From Phycisphaerae bacterium (GTDB taxonomy: Bacteria; Planctomycetota; Phycisphaerae; UBA1845; Fen-1342), in the NCBI GenBank assembly GCA_963675745.2, contig CAXXWX010000026.1:800001-864000 (forward strand): a DNA stretch of 64,000 bases. The letters are read 5' to 3'. Positions 1 through 9,599 of the stretch are shown here, piece after piece. The stretch's first letter is position 1. The number at the start of each line of letters is the position of its first letter. The translations under genes were made by a program, and so were the position numbers. The notes under the pieces are model-generated. The model was not told the DNA's origin and made no database searches. It saw nothing but the letters and a program-made list of their open reading frames with translations.

Positions 1-33
1 ACCGACGCCGAAACCGAGTTGGCCACTACCTAA
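1..33 (+). CDS. 3' fragment of an upstream gene (TDAETELATT*), identity not determinable
   Basis: Open frame from base 1 to TAA at 31-33, just upstream of yraN. Confidence 0.4.
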   Translation, partial: TDAETELATT

Positions 34-51
34 GCAGCAGCAGGCGCCGGC

Positions 52-426
52 GTGAGCGACACCCGCCGCGATCTCGGACTCCAAGGCGAGCGCCTGGCCG
101 AAGCGTTCCTCAAGAACTGTGGGCTGCGCCCCCTCACCCGCCGATACAACACACCCGTTGGCGAGCTCGATCTCGTCATGCGCGATGCTGACACCGTCGT
201 GTTTGTCGAAGTCAAGACGCTACGCGACGACCGGTTCATAGAGCCCCATGAGCACGTGGGCCGCGCCCAGCAACGTCACCTGATCAAGGCCGCGCGCTGG
301 CTGCTCGAACGCAAGCACTGGATGGACCGCCCCTGCCGTTTCGACATCGTCGGCGTAGTGCTGCCGGACGTCGGCGAGCCGCGCATCCAGCACTTCCCCG
401 ACGCCTTCAAGCCCCCACGTTGGTGA
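52..426 (+). CDS. yraN: YraN/UPF0102 family endonuclease-like protein
   Basis: LG..GE..A..FL, GELDLV, VFVEVKT and CRFDIV motifs. Confidence 0.92.
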   Translation: MSDTRRDLGLQGERLAEAFLKNCGLRPLTRRYNTPVGELDLVMRDADTVVFVEVKTLRDDRFIEPHEHVGRAQQRHLIKAARWLLERKHWMDRPCRFDIVGVVLPDVGEPRIQHFPDAFKPPRW

Positions 427-549
427 GCCCCGGCCGCACGTGCCCGACGTCTTGTCGGCCGGAGAAGGAGAACATGCCGACGCGAACAGCCGTCGGCATG
501 GCACCCAGCGTTACATGGCACCCGGCCTTCAAGCCCCCACGTTGGTGAG
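403..549. repeat. 25-bp perfect direct repeat (403-427 and 525-549) enclosing a REP-like hairpin
   Basis: GCCTTCAAGCCCCCACGTTGGTGAG occurs twice; between the copies lies CATGCCGACG-CGAACAGC-CGTCGGCATG-GCACCC (473-506). Confidence 0.85.
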
Positions 550-581
550 TTCCGCGTGGCTGCCGGCGATGACCCGTGCGT

Positions 582-1373
582 TCAACCGGCCTGCGACCGT
601 TCTCCGCGGTAGACAACCACGCCGCCGAAATTCAACGCCACACTGGTTACGTTTGTAAAACCGGCGTCGGCCAGCCGGCGCGTCATCTCGGCACGTGTTT
701 CAAATGTCTCAATTGAACGCGGCAGGTACTGGTACGCGCCACTGCGGTCCCGGCTGATCAGCCGCCCCAGCAGCGGCAGGGCCACGTCGCAGTATTTGCG
801 ATATCCCCAGCGCAAGAGTCGATTCGCCGGCGGCGCGAATTCCAGAATCACCACGCGGCCGCCGGGCCTGAGTACGCGCCACATCTCGCGCAGCCCGGCC
901 GGTAAGTCCTGGAAATTGCGCACGCCGAACGCACAAGTCACCACGTCCACCGCCCCATCCGCGATCGGCAGCGCCAGCGCGTCGGCGTGCAGCAGTTCGA
1001 GCGGGATCTTGACGCCGGCGTAAGTGCCCTGATTCAGCATCTCGCGGGCGAAGTCAACACCGATGAGCCTGGCCGGCGCGGGATGTCCGGCGGCCAGCGC
1101 CCGCAGCATGTCACCGGTCCCACAGCAAACATCGAGCACGACGTCACCGGCCCGCACGTCAGCGGCCAAAACGGCGCACCGTCGCCAGCGTGCGTCGCGC
1201 CCGAGGCTGGCTACTGTGTTTACGCGTTCGTACGTTGGCGCGATCGCGTTGAACATGGCCTCGACGCGTGCGGCTTTGGCCGGCTCGCCGTGCGGATCGC
1301 GCAGCGCGCGTTCGTCCCAGGCGCTCGATCGCGCTGAATCGGATGAGGTGGGATATTCTCCGGTTGGGCTCAT
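582..1373 (-). CDS. ubiE: UbiE/MenG family menaquinone biosynthesis methyltransferase
   Basis: MF..IAP.Y...N, VLDVCCGTGD, AFGVRN, LRPGGRVVILEF and AY.YL..S motifs; ATG at 1373 taken as the start. Confidence 0.9.
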   Translation of the reverse strand: MSPTGEYPTSSDSARSSAWDERALRDPHGEPAKAARVEAMFNAIAPTYERVNTVASLGRDARWRRCAVLAADVRAGDVVLDVCCGTGDMLRALAAGHPAPARLIGVDFAREMLNQGTYAGVKIPLELLHADALALPIADGAVDVVTCAFGVRNFQDLPAGLREMWRVLRPGGRVVILEFAPPANRLLRWGYRKYCDVALPLLGRLISRDRSGAYQYLPRSIETFETRAEMTRRLADAGFTNVTSVALNFGGVVVYRGERSQAG

Positions 1374-1440
1374 CTTCCCGCTGGTGATCGGGGGCGACGG
1401 ATTGCGGCGGTCACGCGGCGGCTTTCTCGCCGGGCACTGC

Positions 1441-1484
1441 AAAAAACCAGCGGGCGTCGAAAGCCAGTAGCTCGACGCCCGCTG
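1441..1484 (-). terminator. Intrinsic terminator of the 6S RNA
   Basis: 13-bp stem CAGCGGGCGTCGA/TCGACGCCCGCTG followed by GTTTTTT on the minus strand. Confidence 0.85.
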
Positions 1485-1496
1485 TCCAAGTGGATT

Positions 1497-1680
1497 AACC
1501 TCCGCCGATGCCGTTGAGAGCTGGTTTGCTGAAACCCAACTTACAAAGTGGGTGGCTGCTGACGGCCCCGACCCAACGCTCAGTGGCGCCTCCGCCGGGG
1601 GAACGTTTCAGTCAGCCTCCCGCGGGTCAGCGTAACGGTTCCGCAAACTGATAGCTCTCTGGCGAACACCTCAGAGGCTT
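1497..1680 (-). ncRNA. ssrS: 6S RNA
   Basis: About 185 nt; the 5' CCTCTGAGGTGTTCGCC and 3' CGGCATCGGCGGAGG ends resemble 6S termini; long-range pairing GAGAGCT..GTTTGC.GAACC / GGTTTC.GCAAAC.AGCTCTC flanks a central bubble; TATACT -10 at 1711-1706; terminator downstream. Confidence 0.85.
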
Positions 1681-1889
1681 TTCCCACGGTCGAACGACTC
1701 TACTTAGTATAGCGATTCCTTCGACCGTCCAGCGCTGCGAAATTGAATTCTTCTCGCTGCCCGCGACTTCGAATTTGACGCACTGTGGCACACGATGTGC
1801 TAACCGCAATTCGCTCATGCCGCAAATCGGGCGCTGTCAAAGATGCGGCTCGCCGCAATCGCCACAGGCGCAGGCGCGCACCGCTCGCC

Positions 1890-2459
1890 TTACAAGATCA
1901 TCAGGCGGCGCAGGGGCTGATTGTCCTCCGCCTGATCATCAACGATCCAATGCGTGACCAGGTCGCGGTCCAGATCGATAGTGGCAACCGAATGGACCGT
2001 CGCGCGATGAAGCGCTCCCGGATTGACGAGATGCAGCCCACAGGCCAGTCGCTCCGAGTTGGCCTGATGCGAATGGCCATACAGCACATAGTTGACGCCC
2101 GACACCGCTGCCGGAAGCGCTTCATTCGGATCATCCAACGCATTGATCAACCGCTGAAATGTGGACTCATGGCCGTGCCACACGGCCAGCGTCTTGCCCC
2201 CCAGCTCCACATGCAGCGGAACACCATTTGGCACATGGACCCCGATCGTGGCGGCGTACTGGTGCAACGCGTCGAAATCACCGTCCGTGTTACCCAGCAC
2301 AAACCACGCGGGAAAGCCGGCGAGATGGTCGAGCACGCGCTCGTCGCCGAGATCGCCGCAGTGGATAAACGCTTCGGCCCCGGCACGTTTGAGTACATTC
2401 AGTGCCCGCGCGGTGCGCTCCAGCCGCCCGTGCGTATCGGACAAAACACCAACGATCAC
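1890..2459 (-). CDS. Metallophosphoesterase, YfcE/MJ0936 family
   Basis: SDTHG, HCGD, GNTD, HGH, GHSH and NPG motifs. Confidence 0.92.
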   Translation of the reverse strand: MIVGVLSDTHGRLERTARALNVLKRAGAEAFIHCGDLGDERVLDHLAGFPAWFVLGNTDGDFDALHQYAATIGVHVPNGVPLHVELGGKTLAVWHGHESTFQRLINALDDPNEALPAAVSGVNYVLYGHSHQANSERLACGLHLVNPGALHRATVHSVATIDLDRDLVTHWIVDDQAEDNQPLRRLMIL

Positions 2460-2461
2460 GA

Positions 2462-3757
2462 TCAGGCTCTCAGGTTATCCAGGAATGACTCAAGGTCCTT
2501 GTGCAACCCCATGTTGCTCAGAAGTGTCTCGATCTGCTTGGCGGGTGGCAGGTCATTCAGTTGCCGCCTGAGCATGATTACCTTCGCCAGCGTATCCGGG
2601 TCCAACAGTTTTTCCTCTTTGCGCGTGCCGGACTCCTGCAAATTGACCGCCGGCCACAACCGCATATTGGCCAGTTCGCGATCTAGCCGCAACTCCATGT
2701 TTCCGGTGCCCTTGAATTCTTCGAAAATGAAATCGTCGGCGCGGCTGCCGGTGTCGACCAGCGCCGACGCGATTATAGTCAGCGAGCCGCCATTCTCGAT
2801 GGCGCGTGCGGCGCCGAAGATCTGTTTGGGTTCCTGCAAGGCGCGGATATCAAGGCCGCCGGTCATCGTGCGACCGCTCGAACCGACAGTGTGGTTAAAG
2901 GCCCGGGCCAGGCGTGTAATCGAGTCGAGCAGAATCACGATGTGCTGCCCGCACTCGACGAGGCGCCGGGCACGCTGGATCACCAGGCGCGCTAGGCGTA
3001 CGTGTGACTGGGCGTCGTGATCGTTGCTGGACGCAAAAACCTCGCCACGCACGTTGCGCCGCATTTCGGTGACTTCTTCCGGGCGTTCGTCGACCAACAG
3101 CACCACCATATAAACGTCGGGGTGATTCACGGAGATGCCGTGGGCCATCTGCTGCAACAAGACGGTCTTACCGGTACGCGGCGAGGCCACGAGCAGCCCG
3201 CGCTGCCCGAATCCGATGGGCGTGAACAGGTCGACAATGCGTGTGCTGAGGGGCCCATCGGAGGTTGAGAAACGCAGCGGACGGTGAGGATCAATGGCGA
3301 CGGTCTCTTCCAGCGGAGGTGGCGTCTCCCATTTTTCAGCGGGAATCCCGTTTATCTCGCGCAGTTCGAGGCTGACTGGACCACCGTTGTCCGCCGGGAC
3401 TCCCTCGCCCTGTAGCAGCTCTCCGCCGCGCAACCCGAACCTGGTCACTATCTTCGCCGGGACGAACGGATCGTCGGGCTTGATCGCCAGGTTGGTTTTG
3501 GGCCGGCGCAGGTAACCGTCGCCGTGTTCGCTGAGTTCCAGCACACCGTCCACGGGCCCCAGCGGAATCGGTGGTGCGTTGCGCCGCGCCGGCGCGCCGC
3601 GCGACTCGCGGCGTTGTCCCGCATGGGCCCGACCTGAGGATCGTCCCGTTTGGCGTCCCCCGGGACGCCCGCCGGAGCGTTTGCCGGCCCGTCCGTCGCG
3701 TTGCTTATTCTGGCGTGGTTTCGCGTGTGCTTTGCGTTTTGTCGGACGCCTGTCCAC
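2462..3757 (-). CDS. rho: Transcription termination factor Rho with Arg/Gly-rich N-terminal extension
   Basis: PIGFGQRGLLVASPRTGKT, LVDERPEEVT, DSITRLARA, EEFKGTGNMEL, SGTRKEE. Confidence 0.97.
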   Translation of the reverse strand: MDRRPTKRKAHAKPRQNKQRDGRAGKRSGGRPGGRQTGRSSGRAHAGQRRESRGAPARRNAPPIPLGPVDGVLELSEHGDGYLRRPKTNLAIKPDDPFVPAKIVTRFGLRGGELLQGEGVPADNGGPVSLELREINGIPAEKWETPPPLEETVAIDPHRPLRFSTSDGPLSTRIVDLFTPIGFGQRGLLVASPRTGKTVLLQQMAHGISVNHPDVYMVVLLVDERPEEVTEMRRNVRGEVFASSNDHDAQSHVRLARLVIQRARRLVECGQHIVILLDSITRLARAFNHTVGSSGRTMTGGLDIRALQEPKQIFGAARAIENGGSLTIIASALVDTGSRADDFIFEEFKGTGNMELRLDRELANMRLWPAVNLQESGTRKEEKLLDPDTLAKVIMLRRQLNDLPPAKQIETLLSNMGLHKDLESFLDNLRA

Positions 3758-4050
3758 AGCTTCACTCCAGTCCCGCCGCGCGACGGAACCCCCCTCGACG
3801 CGTTCCTGTGTTCATGAAGGAGAGGGTGCGGCCGTTATCCCCTCGGCTGATTCGGCCCATTACCCGACTCACCAAGTATAACGAACTCACTCCCACCCAC
3901 AAAAGCCCATTGCATGAGAAGCGCTCAACATTCCGCCGTCAGTGCATACTCCCGAGCACGTACGGTTCGCTTGTGGCGGCCGACGGTCGTGTTGGCATTT
4001 GCCGCAATGGACGTTCTCCTTTCTGTCACGTCCAACCGCAGCGGCGGACG

Positions 4051-4860
4051 TTACAGATCTCCGGCGGATGCCGTCGGCCCAATCACCTCGTTCTCGAGCA
4101 GGCCGATACCCTCCACCTCGATTTCGATGGTATCGCCATCGCGCAGAAAAACCGGCGGTTGCCGCACAAAACCAACCCCTTCCGGTGTGCCGGTCAGGAT
4201 CACGGTACCCGGCAACAGTGTGAACTGGTGAGAAAGATAGCTGATCAACTCAAACGGCGGGATGATCATCTCCGCCGTGCTGGCCGACTGCATCGATGTA
4301 CCATTCAGCCGGCTGCTGATCGCACAGTTGCCTGGATCGAGCTCATCAGCCGTCACCAGCCATGGCCCCAACGGGCAGAATGTGTCAAACCCCTTGGCGC
4401 GCGCCCACTGCTTGTCGGCGGCCTGGCAATCACGCGCCGTCACATCGTTTGCACAAGTATACCCCAGCACGTGTTCCGACGCTTGCGCCGGCGAAACGCC
4501 ACGCGCGGTCCGGCTGATTACCACGGCCAGCTCAGCTTCAAAATCAACTTGCTCGGGCGCGCTTTCAGGCAGCACGATCGGCACGCGCGGTCCGGTAACG
4601 GCGGTGGTGGGCTTCATGAATACCAGCGGTCTCTCGGGCCGCCGCGCGCCGGTTTCCTTAACATGCGCGGCATAGTTGCGCCCGATCGCGAAGATGTTCG
4701 GCGGCTCTACCGGAGCCAGTAGCTTGGCGGCGGTGACCTCGCGATCCAGCGGCCGCAGTTTGCCAAACAGGTCGCCCGCCAGCGGGCAAAACGTACGTTC
4801 GCCGACCGGCGTGCCATACATGACGCGCCCGTCCGTCGACATAAACCGCGCGATTCTCAT
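4051..4860 (-). CDS. Fumarylacetoacetate hydrolase family protein
   Basis: IGRNY..H, DFEAEL, NDVTARD, KGFDTFCPLGP, ILTGTPEGVG. Confidence 0.95.
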   Translation of the reverse strand: MRIARFMSTDGRVMYGTPVGERTFCPLAGDLFGKLRPLDREVTAAKLLAPVEPPNIFAIGRNYAAHVKETGARRPERPLVFMKPTTAVTGPRVPIVLPESAPEQVDFEAELAVVISRTARGVSPAQASEHVLGYTCANDVTARDCQAADKQWARAKGFDTFCPLGPWLVTADELDPGNCAISSRLNGTSMQSASTAEMIIPPFELISYLSHQFTLLPGTVILTGTPEGVGFVRQPPVFLRDGDTIEIEVEGIGLLENEVIGPTASAGDL

Positions 4861-4953
4861 TGGTACTCGAATCTCTCGTCACAAGGGATGCATCGTGGCG
4901 CACGTGTCGGGCGCCCGTGGTTCGCGCGACATACGGACGCGCGGCGGGGTCAA

Positions 4954-5484
4954 TCAATAAAAGACCGTCACGATCAGGTGTGGGTCGGCGTGCTTGCCTT
5001 CCACGACGCCGATGTTTGTCGAGACAAACTTGATCACGATGTTCTCGTGCGCATCGACCCAGGCGTTTATCTGGTCGGTCATGTAGGCCATCGAAGCATC
5101 ATTGAGCTTGGCGTGGAACACGCGGCAGCGCGTCGCGCCCTTACCGTCGGGCAGCAGCACCCGCTGATAGTCTGCCTCCGTGTGCTCCATCTGGTCAAAC
5201 GATATCCCGCCGCCGCCGTATTGCTTGAGATCGGGACCACTCTGATCCCCCCGGCCTGGGACCTCCTGCTCGGGGATGAGCGCCAGCGGCTCTCCGAGCG
5301 GCTCGGGCTCGACGCCGGCATTTGCCACCCCGGCCGCCGCCCGTTTGAGCTCCTGGATGCAAAACGGGCAAAGCAACTGCCCCTCATGCTGGGCGGCTTT
5401 TCCCTGCTCCAGATGCTCAGGGTAGATTGTCGCGCCGCACTTCCCACATTCCTGTGTGGCCTGTTCACTCGTCGCCATGGCCAT
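4954..5484 (-). CDS. Hypothetical protein with N-terminal CxxC..CxxC zinc ribbon and compact C-terminal domain
   Basis: CGKCG and LCPFC motifs; coding-like composition; GGAGG RBS upstream. Confidence 0.7.
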   Translation of the reverse strand: MAMATSEQATQECGKCGATIYPEHLEQGKAAQHEGQLLCPFCIQELKRAAAGVANAGVEPEPLGEPLALIPEQEVPGRGDQSGPDLKQYGGGGISFDQMEHTEADYQRVLLPDGKGATRCRVFHAKLNDASMAYMTDQINAWVDAHENIVIKFVSTNIGVVEGKHADPHLIVTVFY

Positions 5485-5793
5485 GCCTCCATGCCGTGGG
5501 GTATCGAACGCGCCCTTGGAGCAGCGTCGCCCGGAAACACCTGTACCGGCCAGGCAAGCCCGCCGTCGGCGTCGGCTGCCGCCCCCCTCCGGGCCGGATC
5601 AACTGGGCCCACGCCCATCGCCAATACTGACCGCGTCCGCTGTGAGCTGCGCCCGCGGTCGGTTTGAAAGATGTGTCAACAACGAGTATAACCGCTGAGG
5701 CAGGGCCACGGCAATAACACCGAGCTCAAACGCAGCCAGCGATCGGGCCCGGATCGCGCGGCGATCGATCATCATTGTGTCACGGAGAGGTCC

Positions 5794-6240
5794 ATGACCC
5801 GCACGTGTTTGTCAGCCGCCGGCGCCGCATTTGTCAGCCTTGTGGTTCTGTGGTCAAGCGGGGGATGCCCATCACAGACGCAGGTGCTGGATCCCGTCAA
5901 TGACGACACCCCCGAGCCCAACTTCGTCAACGTCCGACCGAACACCGCGCCGACCGCGGTAGCCGGAGACGATCAGGTAATTTTCGCCGGAACTGAGCTC
6001 GTACTGGACGCCACCGCCTCCAGTGACCCGGACGGCGATCAACTGGCATACGTCTGGACGCAATTGGATGGCCCGATCGACCTGACAATCTCGAACCCCG
6101 GCGCCGCCATCACGCGTATCGCCACGCCCGAAGACCTCGACACCCCCGTGGTTCTGACCTTTCACGTCACGGTCGTCGATGGTTTCTCCAGCAGCGTCGA
6201 CACGGTCGCCGTGCGCATCAACCCCGCCGTCGAAGAATGA
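5794..6240 (+). CDS. Probable lipoprotein with PKD/Ig-like domain
   Basis: Signal peptide ending SGGC; NTAPTAVAGDDQ..LDATASSDPDGDQLAYVWTQ..G PKD-like signature. Confidence 0.8.
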   Translation: MTRTCLSAAGAAFVSLVVLWSSGGCPSQTQVLDPVNDDTPEPNFVNVRPNTAPTAVAGDDQVIFAGTELVLDATASSDPDGDQLAYVWTQLDGPIDLTISNPGAAITRIATPEDLDTPVVLTFHVTVVDGFSSSVDTVAVRINPAVEE

Positions 6241-6374
6241 AACCGGCGTGGGCCCGCTTTCCGAACCACACCATCGGCCCTAACATGGTGTGGGGTGGCT
6301 CGGCCGGTCGAAGCCTCTCCGCGCGGCGGGTGCGTATCGGCCGCAGACGCGCCGGTTATTGAGGGCAATCGAGC

Positions 6375-7859
6375 GTGCATAAGTTCGCGTACATAGATAC
6401 TGGCGACTGCCATCCACCCGAGTCGCTGAGCGGCGCGCATTTACTCGGCGCCGATGGTGTTCCCACGCGTGGGGAGATCGCGCTCGATGGCAACGTAATC
6501 AACTGTGACGCCCGTATCGATGAGCCGCTGGCACTCTCGCTGCTGTGGACCGCCGGCGACTACGGCACCGTGCAACTGGAGACCACCCGTCTGCCCGCGC
6601 GCGACGAGCCCTACCGGCTTCAAGTCGAGCTGGCGCGACGCCGACTCATGCGGATCAGTTGCAAACGCGAAGAGTGGGGCCTGTTCGATTTTCCGGGAAT
6701 GGACGATGTTTCCCGGCAGGTCGACGAGGCCCGCGATCTGTTTATTGCCGCGCTTGAGCAGCGCGATAACGCCAAGGCCGCCGGCGAGGCCGGCGAAGAG
6801 TCGCTGCGCCGCGCCTTGTGGGCCTCGGAACACATGTCGCATTTCCACGCCTCGGTGTTCCTTACGCGCCGCCAGCAGAACCAGGGCTTTGCCCATCAGT
6901 TTCTGGGCACCAACGTACCCGCCGGCCTGCCCGATCCGGGTGTGATCCCGCAACTTGCCGGCAATTTCGACTTCGTCAACATCCCCTTCACCTGGCGCAA
7001 TATCCAGCCCAAGGAACAGGGCGCTCAATACGACGTCATCGACGGTTGGGTCAAGGCCTGCAAGAGCGCCAAACTGGCGCTGCGCGGCGGACCGCTCCTG
7101 GCATTCGGCGTGCAATCACTGCCGGATTGGATGTACATCTGGGAGAACGACTACGACACCGTCTTTGAACTCGCCCGCGAGCACGTTCGCCGCACCGTCA
7201 AGCGTTACGCCAAGGACATCAAGACGTGGGTGGTGGCCAGCGGCCTGCACGCCAGTGACGCGCTGTCGCTCAACTTCGAGCACATGATCGAGTTGACGCG
7301 CATGGCCGCGAGCCTGACCAAGCAGACCTCCGCGCGCAGCCAGGTTATCATCGATCTGACCCAACCCTGGGGCGAATACTTTGCGCGCAATCAACGAACG
7401 GTCCCGCCCATGCTGTATGCCGAGATGGTTGCGCAGGCCGGGATCCCCTTCGACGCTTTCGGACTCCAGTTCCTCTACGGCATTGGCAGCGACGGATATC
7501 ACCTGCGCGACATGCTCCAGATCAGTTCGCTGCTCGACCGCCTGGCCAACCTCGGAAAGCCGCTGCATATCACCAGCGTGTGCGTACCTTCGCAAACCGA
7601 GCCCGGCAACACGATTCTCTGCGGCGGCGAGTGGCATAAGCCCTGGTCAGAGGAGACCCAGGCCGATTGGCTGAATCTGTTTTGCGAAGTCGCCCTCTCC
7701 AAACCGTTCGTGGAGAGTGTGTGCATCCACGGGATCGCGGACGGCCTCGGCAGTACGTTCCCGGCCGGCGGGCTCCTGCGCCAGAATCTCGAGCCCAAGC
7801 CGGCATTTCAACGCCTTGTTGACTTACGCAGACACTTGCGCAGTGAACCCAGCGAATAA
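6375..7859 (+). CDS. GH10 (endo-1,4-beta-xylanase)-fold protein, catalytic glutamates apparently missing
   Basis: FTW..IQP..G.Y, LPDW, FDAFGLQ, GKPLHIT, QADW and GLL....PKPAF motifs. Confidence 0.8.
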   Translation: MHKFAYIDTGDCHPPESLSGAHLLGADGVPTRGEIALDGNVINCDARIDEPLALSLLWTAGDYGTVQLETTRLPARDEPYRLQVELARRRLMRISCKREEWGLFDFPGMDDVSRQVDEARDLFIAALEQRDNAKAAGEAGEESLRRALWASEHMSHFHASVFLTRRQQNQGFAHQFLGTNVPAGLPDPGVIPQLAGNFDFVNIPFTWRNIQPKEQGAQYDVIDGWVKACKSAKLALRGGPLLAFGVQSLPDWMYIWENDYDTVFELAREHVRRTVKRYAKDIKTWVVASGLHASDALSLNFEHMIELTRMAASLTKQTSARSQVIIDLTQPWGEYFARNQRTVPPMLYAEMVAQAGIPFDAFGLQFLYGIGSDGYHLRDMLQISSLLDRLANLGKPLHITSVCVPSQTEPGNTILCGGEWHKPWSEETQADWLNLFCEVALSKPFVESVCIHGIADGLGSTFPAGGLLRQNLEPKPAFQRLVDLRRHLRSEPSE

Positions 7860-8254
7860 TGCCGCCCGATCAAGCTCAGCATCAGCAACGCACGCGCGCG
7901 ATCGTGCGGACGCGGGCCGCGCTCGCTCCCGCGCTCGCCGCCGCCCTGCTGGCCCTTGGCGCTGTGCGCACGCCGCAAGCTGCTCCGCCGGGGACTCAGC
8001 TCTCGCGCGACGATCTGCTGCTGCGTGTCAACCCCAACACCGCCAGCGCCGCCGAACTCCAGCTTCTGCCGGGCGTCGGCGCTACACGTGCCGCGAACAT
8101 CATCGCCTATCGCCAATCCGCGGCATCGGAACCGGCGTTTTCAACCGCTGCTGACCTCGATCATGTTCCCTCAATCGGACCGTTGACGGCGGAACGCCTC
8201 GCCCCGCTGCTGCGCTTCACCGATACTCCGATACGCCGGGAGACCAGCCCATGA
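7859..8254 (+). CDS. ComEA-like helix-hairpin-helix DNA-binding protein
   Basis: VNPNTASAAELQLLPGVG...A..II.YR...F....DL..V..IGP. Confidence 0.9.
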   Translation: MPPDQAQHQQRTRAIVRTRAALAPALAAALLALGAVRTPQAAPPGTQLSRDDLLLRVNPNTASAAELQLLPGVGATRAANIIAYRQSAASEPAFSTAADLDHVPSIGPLTAERLAPLLRFTDTPIRRETSP

Positions 8255-9249
8255 CGCAGTTGCCGGCTCCGTTTGTGTGCGATCCAATCTTCAAAGACAA
8301 GCCGTGGGGCGGTCGCCGCCTTGCCGAGCGGTTTGGCAAATCGCTGCCGCCCGACGTGCCGATCGGCGAGTCCTGGGAGTTGGTCAGTCTGCCGGACAAT
8401 GAATCGCGCGTCAGGCGTGGTCCGCTCGCCGGACAGACGTTGCGCTCGCTCGTTGACCAGTGGGGCACTGATCTGCTCGGCCACGCCAGCCCCGTCGGCG
8501 GCCGTTTTCCACTTCTGATCAAGTTTCTGGATGCGCGGCAACATCTCAGCGTGCAGGTTCACCCCAAACCGCTGCCCGGTGACCAGGCCAACGCGACGCC
8601 CGGCCTGAAACACGAGGCGTGGTACGTGCTCGACGCCGAGCCCGACGCCGCCTTGTTCATCGGGTTGAAGCCCGGCGTCACTGCGGCCGACGTCACGCAG
8701 GCGGCAAACACGCCGGCGTTTGCCGACCTGCTACGGCGCTGGCCGGTGAAGCCCGGCGATTGCTACTACCTCCCCAGCGGCACGGTCCACGCGCTCGGCG
8801 CGGGTATCATGGTCGCCGAGGTCCAAACCCCGTCGGATGTGACGTACCGGTTCTACGACTGGGACCGCATGGGGCTGGACGGAAAGCCGCGCTCACTGCA
8901 CATCGAGGAAGCGTTGGCAAACACGCGATACGGCGTGCCTGATGCGGAGATCGCGCAGCCGCAATGCGCGGCCACTACCGATTTCTGCAACGCGATACGC
9001 CGCACAAGCTGCGAACGCTTCACGATCGACCGCGTCAAGTTCGATCCGGGTGCAGACATGGCCTGCCCGGGGGGCGGCGAGCTAAGGATCTGGATCGCAC
9101 TGCAAGGTGAGCTTGAGCTGTCGCAGGCAGGCGTGACGGAGCGCGTTGCACCGGGTGATGTGGCGGTGTTGCCGGCATCGTGCGCAGACACATGGGTCCG
9201 GGTGGAGAAATCGGTGGAATTTTTGGAAATTCGAATCCCCCATTCGTAA
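8251..9249 (+). CDS. manA: Class I mannose-6-phosphate isomerase
   Basis: WGG..L, IGESWE, FPLLIKFLDA...LSVQVHP, EAWY, GTVHA, EVQTPSDVTYR.YD. Confidence 0.93.
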   Translation: MTQLPAPFVCDPIFKDKPWGGRRLAERFGKSLPPDVPIGESWELVSLPDNESRVRRGPLAGQTLRSLVDQWGTDLLGHASPVGGRFPLLIKFLDARQHLSVQVHPKPLPGDQANATPGLKHEAWYVLDAEPDAALFIGLKPGVTAADVTQAANTPAFADLLRRWPVKPGDCYYLPSGTVHALGAGIMVAEVQTPSDVTYRFYDWDRMGLDGKPRSLHIEEALANTRYGVPDAEIAQPQCAATTDFCNAIRRTSCERFTIDRVKFDPGADMACPGGGELRIWIALQGELELSQAGVTERVAPGDVAVLPASCADTWVRVEKSVEFLEIRIPHS

Positions 9250-9599
9250 CCAATCTCGGGCCTTGCTGTGGGACTCGGCGGTAACGTACATCTGGCACGA
9301 AAATCTGCGATTTCCTGCGAAAAACTACAATATCTTACATTTGGTCGGCTTTTGCCGGATCAGGGGACACGGGTTCTTGCAGCCCCACACGCATCCGGGT
9401 ATGCTGGCCGCTTCAAGCCACAAGGATTGATCCAACCGGTGGCTTGTCGATATACTCATTAGTAACCGGACGCGCCCGCTGGCGCGCCGCTGATTGGGAA
9501 GTGTTGGGAAGCAGCATATCGTGGTTTTTTGGGACGCTTAGCTCGCCCGACGGGCGTGCGAAGGCAGCGAACTAGGCCATTTCAGAGGTGAACTGAATA

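Noticed and set aside
1786..1801. Sigma54-like site TGGCACACGATGTGCT
   Set aside because: Spacing is correct, but it points antisense into the phosphoesterase gene with no downstream gene; it may be chance or a short palindromic operator
1785..3020. Long antisense ORFs (also 3571-4722, 24283-25659, 25767-26888, 44201-45529)
   Set aside because: Shadow ORFs of well-supported genes in high-GC DNA, with no recognisable motifs
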